DNA from: Duganella guangzhouensis
GTDB taxonomy: Bacteria > Pseudomonadota > Gammaproteobacteria > Burkholderiales > Burkholderiaceae_D
Assembly (NCBI RefSeq): GCF_009674535.1
Contig: NZ_WKJK01000009.1
Span: 28,099-60,098, forward strand
Reading direction: 5' to 3'
Length of the DNA stretch: 32,000 bases
A program made the position numbers and the translations under genes. The stretch's first letter is position 1, and every line of letters starts with the position of its first letter. The notes beneath the pieces are model-generated. The model did not search any database, was not told the DNA's origin, and saw only the letters and a list, made by a program, of their open reading frames with translations. Below are positions 15,300 through 22,755 of the stretch, piece by piece.

Positions 15300-17270
15300 A
15301 TGACTCTGCTAGCCCACCAGCTTGAACTGCTGTCGCCCGCCAAAACCGCCGAGATCGGCCGTGAAGCGATCCTGCACGGCGCCGACGCCGTCTATATCGG
15401 CGGCCCGGCGTTCGGCGCGCGTCACAACGCCAGCAATTCAATCGAGGAAATCTCCCGCCTGGTGGAGTTCGCGCATCGCTACCGTTCGCGCATTTTCGTT
15501 ACCCTCAACACGATTCTGCATGACGCCGAACTGGACGCCGCCCGCAAGCAGATCTGGCAGCTGTACGAGGCCGGCGTCGATGCCCTGATCGTGCAGGACA
15601 TGGGCTTGCTGGAAATGGACCTGCCCCCTATCCAGCTGCACGCCAGCACCCAGTGCGACATCCGCACCGTGGACAAGGCCAAATTCCTCGGCAACGTCGG
15701 TTTCTCGCAGCTGGTGCTGGCGCGCGAGCTGACCATCGAGCAGATCAAAAAAATCCATAGCGAAGTCGATACGCCGCTGGAATACTTCATCCACGGCGCG
15801 CTGTGCGTGGCCTATTCCGGCCAATGCTACATCTCGCACGCCGACACCGGCCGCAGCGCCAATCGCGGCGACTGCTCCCAAGCCTGCCGCCTGCCCTACA
15901 CGCTGAGCGACAGCAAGGGCGGCGTGGTCGCCTATGAAAAGCACCTGCTGTCGATGAAGGACAATGACCAGAGCGCCAACCTGGAAGCGCTGGTCGACGC
16001 CGGCATCCGCTCGTTCAAGATCGAAGGCCGCTACAAGGACATGGGCTATGTGAAGAACATCACCGCCCATTACCGTCTGCTGCTGGACGAGATTCTGGAG
16101 CGCCGTACCGAGTTCACGCGCGCCGCCAGCGGCAGCACCGAGATTTTCTTCACGCCGGATGTCGACAAGACCTTCCACCGCGGCCACACCGATTACTTCG
16201 CCAACGGCCGCCTGGATGATATCGGCGCCTTCGACAGCCCTAAATATGTGGGCGTGGAATTGGGCACCGTCAGCCGCGTCGGCACCGACCATTTCGACGT
16301 GGTGACCAATGCCGCCATGGCCAATGGCGACGGCCTGAACTACATGCACAAGCGTGAAGTCCACGGCATCCAGGCCAATGTGGTCAAGAAGCTGGATGAA
16401 AACGACGAAGGCCAGGTCTGGCGCGTGTTCCCGAACGAGACCATCAGCACCCTGCCCGGCCTGAAAGTCGGCTTGTCCGTCAACCGCAACCGCGATCACC
16501 ACTGGGAAGCCTCGCTGAACAAGAAATCGGCAGACCGCAAGGTCGGCGTGCATCTGACCTTGAGCGAACAGAACGGTGGCCTGCGCCTGTCGCTGTGCGA
16601 CGAAGATGGTTATCTGAGCGACACCAGCGCCACCATCGCGCTGCAGCCGGCGCAGAACGCCGAGCAAGCCGACGCTTCGCTGCGCGGCAGCCTGGCCAAG
16701 CTGGGCAACACCATGTTCGTGGCCGACAGCGTGGAACTGAAGCTGTCGCAGCCGTGGTTTGTGCCATCGGCCGCCATTAACGCGCTGCGCCGCGAGGCAA
16801 TCGAGGCACATGAGGCGGTGCGTCTGGCGGCCTGGGACCGTCCACAGCGCAAGGCGCCGGCCGAGCCGCCAGCCACCTATCCGGAGACGCAGCTGAGCTA
16901 TCTGGCCAACGTCTACAACGAAAAGGCGCGTGCCTTCTATCATAAGCACGGCGTGCAGCTGATCGCCGCCGCTTACGAGGCGCACGAGGAAGCCGGCGAA
17001 GTGCCGCTGATGATCACCAAGCACTGCCTGCGCTTTTCGTTCAATCTTTGCCCGAAGCAGGCCAAAGGCGTGCAAGGTGTGCAGGGCCAGGTGCGGGCCG
17101 AGCCGATGACCCTGGTCAGCGGCGACGAAACCTACACCCTGCGCTTTGACTGCAAACCATGCGAGATGCACGTGGTGGGCGCCATGAAGCCCGGCATTCT
17201 GAAGTCGGCGCCACCGTCGAATATTCCTTACAGCCCCCTCGTTTTCCATCGCCAGCGCCCACGCGCTTGA
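15300..17270 (+). CDS. rlhA: U32-family peptidase-like Fe-S protein, long form (YdcP/RlhA-like, putative rRNA hydroxylation factor)
   Basis: 656 aa. The N-terminus is LELLSPAKTAEIGREAILHGADAVYIGGPAFGARHNA. The four-Cys motif C169-x6-C176-x15-C192-x3-C196 (15804-15887) is GALCVAYSGQCYISHADTGRSANRGDCSQAC, typical of the U32 family Fe-S site. The length and C-terminal extension match the ~650-aa YdcP/RlhA class rather than the UbiU/UbiV/TrhP class. Confidence 0.8.
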   Translation: MTLLAHQLELLSPAKTAEIGREAILHGADAVYIGGPAFGARHNASNSIEEISRLVEFAHRYRSRIFVTLNTILHDAELDAARKQIWQLYEAGVDALIVQDMGLLEMDLPPIQLHASTQCDIRTVDKAKFLGNVGFSQLVLARELTIEQIKKIHSEVDTPLEYFIHGALCVAYSGQCYISHADTGRSANRGDCSQACRLPYTLSDSKGGVVAYEKHLLSMKDNDQSANLEALVDAGIRSFKIEGRYKDMGYVKNITAHYRLLLDEILERRTEFTRAASGSTEIFFTPDVDKTFHRGHTDYFANGRLDDIGAFDSPKYVGVELGTVSRVGTDHFDVVTNAAMANGDGLNYMHKREVHGIQANVVKKLDENDEGQVWRVFPNETISTLPGLKVGLSVNRNRDHHWEASLNKKSADRKVGVHLTLSEQNGGLRLSLCDEDGYLSDTSATIALQPAQNAEQADASLRGSLAKLGNTMFVADSVELKLSQPWFVPSAAINALRREAIEAHEAVRLAAWDRPQRKAPAEPPATYPETQLSYLANVYNEKARAFYHKHGVQLIAAAYEAHEEAGEVPLMITKHCLRFSFNLCPKQAKGVQGVQGQVRAEPMTLVSGDETYTLRFDCKPCEMHVVGAMKPGILKSAPPSNIPYSPLVFHRQRPRA

Positions 17271-17284
17271 GCGATTTTCACCTC

Positions 17285-17307
17285 GCACGCGGCTTTCTGC
17301 CGCGTGC
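17285..17307 (+). terminator. GC-rich hairpin after the U32 gene (GCACGCGGC-tttct-GCCGCGTGC)
   Basis: A perfect 9-bp stem starts 15 nt after the stop. There is no immediate T tract (attcat...), so it may be a weak or factor-assisted terminator. Confidence 0.4.
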
Positions 17308-17352
17308 ATTCATACCCCTGTGGCGTTTTTGTTGCACATCTGTCCAATTGGC

Positions 17353-17381
17353 TTGACAGGCAATAGTACGCAAGCTATCTT
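17353..17381 (+). promoter_or_regulatory. Putative sigma70 promoter of the discoidin/di-heme lipoprotein gene
   Basis: TTGACA (17353-17358), a 17-nt spacer, then TATCTT (17376-17381). This implies a 5' UTR of about 155 nt before the ATG at 17544. Confidence 0.45.
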
Positions 17382-17543
17382 CACCGAAGTTGCCGCACGG
17401 AAATAATTTAGCAGCGCCCGGATTCCTGTTGATTCGTGCGCTGTTAAAACTTTTTCTATAGCAAAATGCGCGTCGCTCGCGGATTGACCGCTAGGCAACT
17501 TCCACTCTTCCAGCCACTACCAGCCACAAGCCAAGGGGATAGC

Positions 17544-20500
17544 ATGAGAAAACTTCCATATCGACAGCGATCACTGGAAACCTTTCAACGTTTCACCACA
17601 ACAGGACTTCCACTCGCCATCAGCCTGACACTAGCCGCCTGTGGCGGTGGCAGTGACGGCACCCAGGACACCGCCAGCGCCGGCCCGGCGCGCATGATGA
17701 GCGCGCTCGCGGCCAGTCCGGAGGCGGTGCTGACACCGGTCGCGGCCACCGCCAGCGGTGCCGAACGCGGCGATTTGTCGGCCGCCGCCGCCATCGACCA
17801 TGATCTGACCACCCGCTGGAGCAGCCTGTTCAGCGACACCCAGTGGCTGACGCTGGACTATGGCAGCAGCAAGGTCATCAACCACGTCCACATCGATTGG
17901 GAAAACGCCCACGCCACGCAGTATCAGTTGCAGGTGTCGGACGATAACCTGAACTGGACCACCATCAAGACGGTGGACAACAGCCAGGGCGGCAGCGAGG
18001 ATTGGACCGGCTTGAACGGCCAGGGCCGCTACCTGCGCATGCAGGGCGTCAAGCGTTCGACCAACTACGGTTATTCGATCTTTGAAATCCAGGCCTATTC
18101 CGGCGGCAGCGTGTCGACCGATCCGGTAACCACCGAGCCGGTGACGGTCGACCCGACCAAGCCTGGCGTGGCGATCAAACCGGTGACGGCGACCTCGTCG
18201 GCGCTGGAAAACCCGGGCAATTCGGCCACCAATGCCATCGACGGCAGCACCACCACGCGCTGGGCCAGCGCGTTTGAGGACGGCGCCTGGATTCAGTTCG
18301 ACTTCGGCGCCAAGACCCAGGTCGGCTATATGAAGCTGCTGTGGGAGAACGCTTACGCCAAGCAGTACAACCTGCTGGTCTCAGACGATGGTCAGGCGTG
18401 GACGCAGATCCGCTCTGTCAGCAATGGCCTGGGCGGCACCGAGGAGTTCTTCAACCTGGGCGTCAACGCGCGCTATATTCGGTTGCAGGGCGTGGCGCGC
18501 GCCACGCAGTATGGCTACTCGCTGTTTGAGGTGTCGTTCAAGACGCCGGGTAGCGACAACTCGCTGTCCTCGTCAACCACGTCGGCGTTCAAGTTCCCGG
18601 CCAGCGGCGCCGGCTGGGCGCCCTTGCCTGCCGCCGCCGAGCCGCTGGAATCGCTGCAGTTCACGCTGGCCGACGGCACCCTGGTCACCCGCTTCGGCGC
18701 ACGCGGCCTGGCGCGTCACGGCCGCGAACGTGGCGAGGAATGGAATGAAATCGGCTATGGCCTGAACGAAACGGTGGACCCGGTCACCGGGCTGCCGGTC
18801 GATAAAGGTCCGGGCAATTATCTGACCTTTGTGCCGCAGTACTTCAAGAACCGCACCTGGGGCATGGAGATCATCGACAACAGCCGCGTGGCTGGCGTGA
18901 CCAAGCCGCAACTGATCGTCAACCAGTACTCCACGGTCGATTTCCTGCAAGGTGGCGTGGCCTTCTTCCGCGCCATCGACCGGCCGGGCGTGACCGGCTA
19001 CGGCTGGATGGCGCCGGGCCAACTGGTGGACGACAGCGTCAAGGTCTGCAAGCCGATCGCCTACCCGGCCAATAACAAGCTGGCCACCACCAACGGCATC
19101 AACGGCGCCTGCACCTTGCTGGTCAAGGAGTATCCGGGCATGACGGCGCTGGATACCAATGGCTTCCCGATCGAGGGCAAGAACATCGCCGCGCGTCCGT
19201 TGGTACAGGGCGATGTGATCGAAGTGTCGCCATCGATGTTCTCGACCACCGAGTCGATGCTGGCCAAGGGCGACAACGGCGGCATCCGCTACTACTCGTA
19301 TGAGTGGGTGTATGTGGTGGGTCAGGGTCTGAAGCCATGGTATGGCGTGCAGCCGCGTCTGAATTCGGTGCCGCTGCCGGCGGAAACGCTGTCCGGCGGC
19401 CTGGGTTCGGTGTCGTACAACTATTCGGACAACGCGCTGTTCATGTTCCAACAGCCGCAGACCAATGTCGGCATGCAGAATATGCAGCGCTTCGTCGAGG
19501 GGCGGCGCCTGTTCCATACCAACTTCACCACCGGCGACCATAACGAGCCGGGGAATGATCGTTATGATGCGGCGGTCGGCCTGCAAGGACAGCTGTTCAA
19601 TCAGTCGTCGTGCTTTGCCTGCCACGTGAATAACGGCCGCAGTGTAGCGCCGACCACGCTGAATCAGCGTCTGGACAGCATGTCGGTGCGGGTGGCGTCC
19701 ACCAGTGCGGCCGGTGTGCAGTCGCCACATCCGCTGTATGGCACCACGGTGCAGATGAATGCCCTGTCCTCTTCCGGAACGCCGCAGAACTGGGGCACCG
19801 GCGTGCGCGTCGGCAGTTTCGAAAGCACGATCAAGACGCTGGCCGATGGCAGCACGGTGGAACTGCGCAAGCCAGTGCTGGCGTTTGAAGGTCCGGTGCC
19901 GGATACGGTATCGCTGCGCGCCGCCCAGCCTATCATCGGCGCCGGGCTGCTGGAAGCGGTAGCGGAAGCTGACATCCTGGCGCGTGCCACCGGCGCGGCG
20001 GACGTGGATGGCGTCAAAGGTGTGGCGAACTATGTCTACGATCCGGAGAGTGGCGCGGTGCGTCTGGGCCGCTTCGGCTGGAAGGCATCCAAGGCGACCT
20101 TGCGCCAGCAGGCCGCGTCCGCGCTGCTGCAGGATATGTCGGTGGTCTCGCCGGTGTACCGCAACCGCTCGTGCAATACCGATCCCGCCGGTTGCCAGGC
20201 CGCCGCCGCGCAAAAAGGCATCACCGAAGATGACCTGCAAGCGCTGTCGCGCTATCTGGCGCTGGTGGCCGTGCCGGCACAACGCAGCCTGGCCAGCGGC
20301 TTCCCGAAAGGCGTGGCGCCGATCGACGAGATGAATGTGGATCCGGTCAAGGTGGCGGCGGGCGCCAAGGTGTTCACCACCATGCGCTGCTCGGCGTGCC
20401 ACACGGTGGAGATGAAGACTGGCAGCGGCCATCTGTTTGCAGAACTGCGTAACCAGACCATTCGTCCGTATTCGGATCTGCTGCTGCACGACATGGGCAC

Positions 20501-20756
20501 TGGATTGGCCGACAAGTTCGTCGAAGGCCAGGCCAAGGGCAATATGTGGCGTACCGCGCCGCTGTGGGGCATCGGTTATACCGACAAGGTGATGGGCAAC
20601 AGCACCAAGGTCGGCTACCTGCACGATGGCCGCGCGCGTAATCTGACCGAGGCTGTCATGTGGCACGATGGCGAGGCGGCCAAATCGCGCCAGCGCTTCG
20701 AGAATCTGTCGAAGACTGACCGCGAGGCGCTATTGGCCTTCCTGAAATCGCTGTAA
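17544..20756 (+). CDS. Lipoprotein with two F5/8 type C (discoidin/CBM32-like) domains, an unassigned middle region and a C-terminal di-heme DUF1111-type (cytochrome c peroxidase-like) domain
   Basis: The ATG at 17544 follows an SD (AAGGGGA). A lipobox is present (SLTLAAC|GGG). Two tandem discoidin domains lie at about 17727-18101 and 18171-18542 (AIDHDLTTRWSS...YSIFEIQAY and AIDGSTTTRWAS...YSLFEVSF). Two CxxCH heme c sites are present: CFACH at 19611-19625 and CSACH at 20388-20402. The tail RTAPLWGIG...YLHDGRA...AVMWHDGEA is typical of DUF1111 di-heme proteins. Confidence 0.82.
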   Translation: MRKLPYRQRSLETFQRFTTTGLPLAISLTLAACGGGSDGTQDTASAGPARMMSALAASPEAVLTPVAATASGAERGDLSAAAAIDHDLTTRWSSLFSDTQWLTLDYGSSKVINHVHIDWENAHATQYQLQVSDDNLNWTTIKTVDNSQGGSEDWTGLNGQGRYLRMQGVKRSTNYGYSIFEIQAYSGGSVSTDPVTTEPVTVDPTKPGVAIKPVTATSSALENPGNSATNAIDGSTTTRWASAFEDGAWIQFDFGAKTQVGYMKLLWENAYAKQYNLLVSDDGQAWTQIRSVSNGLGGTEEFFNLGVNARYIRLQGVARATQYGYSLFEVSFKTPGSDNSLSSSTTSAFKFPASGAGWAPLPAAAEPLESLQFTLADGTLVTRFGARGLARHGRERGEEWNEIGYGLNETVDPVTGLPVDKGPGNYLTFVPQYFKNRTWGMEIIDNSRVAGVTKPQLIVNQYSTVDFLQGGVAFFRAIDRPGVTGYGWMAPGQLVDDSVKVCKPIAYPANNKLATTNGINGACTLLVKEYPGMTALDTNGFPIEGKNIAARPLVQGDVIEVSPSMFSTTESMLAKGDNGGIRYYSYEWVYVVGQGLKPWYGVQPRLNSVPLPAETLSGGLGSVSYNYSDNALFMFQQPQTNVGMQNMQRFVEGRRLFHTNFTTGDHNEPGNDRYDAAVGLQGQLFNQSSCFACHVNNGRSVAPTTLNQRLDSMSVRVASTSAAGVQSPHPLYGTTVQMNALSSSGTPQNWGTGVRVGSFESTIKTLADGSTVELRKPVLAFEGPVPDTVSLRAAQPIIGAGLLEAVAEADILARATGAADVDGVKGVANYVYDPESGAVRLGRFGWKASKATLRQQAASALLQDMSVVSPVYRNRSCNTDPAGCQAAAAQKGITEDDLQALSRYLALVAVPAQRSLASGFPKGVAPIDEMNVDPVKVAAGAKVFTTMRCSACHTVEMKTGSGHLFAELRNQTIRPYSDLLLHDMGTGLADKFVEGQAKGNMWRTAPLWGIGYTDKVMGNSTKVGYLHDGRARNLTEAVMWHDGEAAKSRQRFENLSKTDREALLAFLKSL

Positions 20757-20761
20757 CGACA

Positions 20762-20787
20762 AAGCCGGGCACCTGCCCGGCTTTTTT
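20762..20787. terminator. Bidirectional rho-independent terminator between convergent genes
   Basis: The sequence is AAGCCGGGC-acct-GCCCGGCTT, a 9-bp stem followed by TTTTTT on the plus strand. The complement reads AAAAAAGCCGGGC-aggt-GCCCGGCTTTGTCGTT on the minus strand. It sits exactly between the stop at 20754-20756 and the stop at 20787-20789. Confidence 0.8.
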
Positions 20788-22742
20788 CATTTTGCCGCGT
20801 TGACGATGGCCGTGATCACCGCCGGATACACCTGTGCGCCAGTGGACCGGTTGAACAGGCCGGATTGATGGTTGGTGGTCGGACCATTGTCCCAGTACAC
20901 CGGCACCATCCCGTGCTGGTAGGCTGACTTGGTGATGTACTGGTCCCAGTACTGACGGTATTTGCCGGCCGCATCGTACTCGGTGCGCTGGCTGGCCGCG
21001 TACTCCCCCAGAATCACCGCCACGCCCTTGTCGATGAAGCGGGTCTTCATCTTCTGGAACTGGGCATCGACGTAGGATTCGTTGGCCCAGGTTTCGGTGG
21101 CCGCAGTGTCGGTGGCGATGCTGCCCCATTGCCAGATCGCGCTGCTGGTGTTCAGCGTGAAGTTGTATGGATCGTAGTCGTGCACCTCCATCATCAGGCG
21201 GCTGGTGGCGCTGTCGGTTGGCACCGTATTGGTCGCGTAGGTGTAGTCGATGTTGGTGTTGTAGCCCTGGACGATCAGGTGGCGGCTGGCGTTGTTGCCG
21301 CCGGTCGCGCGCACCGTGTTGACGAACACTTGATTGAAGCCGTTCTGCACCGCGATGTTTTCGGCGGTTGGCGCGGTGTAGACGCCATCCACCATCACTT
21401 CGTTGGTGCCGGCGAACAGCAGGTAATCGTCGTAGTACTGGAAGGTGGTGGCGATCTGGGTCCAGAACTTGGCCAGGCGCGCATTGGCTGTCGATTGCGC
21501 GGCGTAGGTTGGCTGCAGCCAGCCGCCGTCCCAGTGCACATTAATCATCACATACAGGCCAGCGCTGCGGGCCGCGTCCACCACTTCCTTCACGCGCGCC
21601 ATCCAGCTGGCGCTGATGTTGTAGTTAGCGTCCGCGTACTGACTCCACGATACCGGAATGCGCACGGTCTTGAAGCCGGCCGCCTTCACGGCGGTGAACA
21701 GCGCCTGATTGGCCGGCGGGTTGCCCCAGGCGGTTTCGCCCCCAATGGCTTCCAGCGAATTCCCCAGATTCCAGCCCGGCGACATCAATGCGGACAGCTG
21801 CACGCTGGTCAGGCTGCGCATGGCGCCCACGCGTACGGCGGTGGCGGAACCGGAGCTGGAACCGCCGCTGCTGGTGGTGAATTTGACCCAGTACCAATAC
21901 GGTACGCCGATGGTGGGCGTGGTATCGGTGTAGGTGGTGGCGCTGGCCGCCGGAATCGCAACCCGGGTACGGCCGGTGGCGTCGCTGTCGGTGTCGCGGT
22001 AGATTTGCAGGCCGGTGACGGTGCCGGTGACGGTCCACGTCAGCTTGATGTTGTCGGACGAGCCGGCGGCGCTCAGGCAGACGGTGGCGCCGCCCCCGGT
22101 GCCGCAACTCTGCGCCTGCGCTGCGCCGCACACCGCCAACATGGCCAGCAACGCAGCCGGCAGTTGCAGCCTGCGGCGAGCGCGCCACACCAGCAGTGTC
22201 AGCCCCGCCATCAGCATCACGACCGAACCCGGCTCCGGCACCGGCGCCGCGCTTTGCGTGATGAAGTCATCCATCACAAACCAGCCGTCGTCACGGGTGA
22301 TGCTCAGGCGCGAAACATTGCTGAAATTCGCCGCCACCCACTGGTAGCCCAGGCCGATGCTGACATTGCCGGTGCTGCCGATCACGTGGTCGGCAGCATC
22401 GTAGGCGGTAATGTTGATCCAGCTCGCGACCGCGCCGTTGGTGTTGGGCGCTGCGAACCACGCGCCAGCAAAGTTAAAGGCGGTGGCGCTGCTGATGCCC
22501 AGATTGTCCACGCCATAGCCGTTGGTGACAAAGGAGATGCCGGAGTGTGCGCCGTTGTCATAGCCTTCGACGGTGGTATCGCCGTAGTACCAATCCTCGC
22601 TCCACTGCAGCCCTGCATAGGGGCTGAGCAGCGCGGTCAAATCGCCATCCGCGTGCAGGTCTTCAAAGTCCACCGCTGCTTGTGCCTGGCCCACCAGCAT
22701 CAGCGTCAGGCCGGCCACCAGGCCGATCAGAAATTTTTTCAT
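20787..22742 (-). CDS. Composite ORF: signal peptide + PEP-CTERM-type domain protein, continuing in frame into a second signal peptide, an Fn3-like linker and a GH5 cellulase/endoglucanase
   Basis: The ATG at 22742 is preceded by an SD (GGGGAG) and follows the upstream gene by 13 nt. The signal peptide is MKKFLIGLVAGLTLMLVGQAQA. The PEP-CTERM module is VPEPGSVVMLMAGLTLLVWRARRR (about 22170-22238). It is followed by LQLPAALLAMLAVCGAAQA|QS, and then by GH5 motifs (WNLGNSLE, VMINVHWDGGW, LLFAGTNEV, VILGEYA). Confidence 0.8.
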   Translation of the reverse strand: MKKFLIGLVAGLTLMLVGQAQAAVDFEDLHADGDLTALLSPYAGLQWSEDWYYGDTTVEGYDNGAHSGISFVTNGYGVDNLGISSATAFNFAGAWFAAPNTNGAVASWINITAYDAADHVIGSTGNVSIGLGYQWVAANFSNVSRLSITRDDGWFVMDDFITQSAAPVPEPGSVVMLMAGLTLLVWRARRRLQLPAALLAMLAVCGAAQAQSCGTGGGATVCLSAAGSSDNIKLTWTVTGTVTGLQIYRDTDSDATGRTRVAIPAASATTYTDTTPTIGVPYWYWVKFTTSSGGSSSGSATAVRVGAMRSLTSVQLSALMSPGWNLGNSLEAIGGETAWGNPPANQALFTAVKAAGFKTVRIPVSWSQYADANYNISASWMARVKEVVDAARSAGLYVMINVHWDGGWLQPTYAAQSTANARLAKFWTQIATTFQYYDDYLLFAGTNEVMVDGVYTAPTAENIAVQNGFNQVFVNTVRATGGNNASRHLIVQGYNTNIDYTYATNTVPTDSATSRLMMEVHDYDPYNFTLNTSSAIWQWGSIATDTAATETWANESYVDAQFQKMKTRFIDKGVAVILGEYAASQRTEYDAAGKYRQYWDQYITKSAYQHGMVPVYWDNGPTTNHQSGLFNRSTGAQVYPAVITAIVNAAK

Positions 22743-22755
22743 GGTCTCCCCTTTT

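Noticed and set aside
15438-17309. 623-aa ORF antisense to the U32 gene
   Set aside because: It is a shadow ORF of a GC-rich gene. The sense frame has strong family motifs, including the four-Cys site.
18573-20666. 697-aa ORF antisense to the discoidin/di-heme lipoprotein gene
   Set aside because: It is a shadow ORF. The translation is Arg/His/Gly-rich, whereas the sense frame carries CxxCH sites and discoidin domains.
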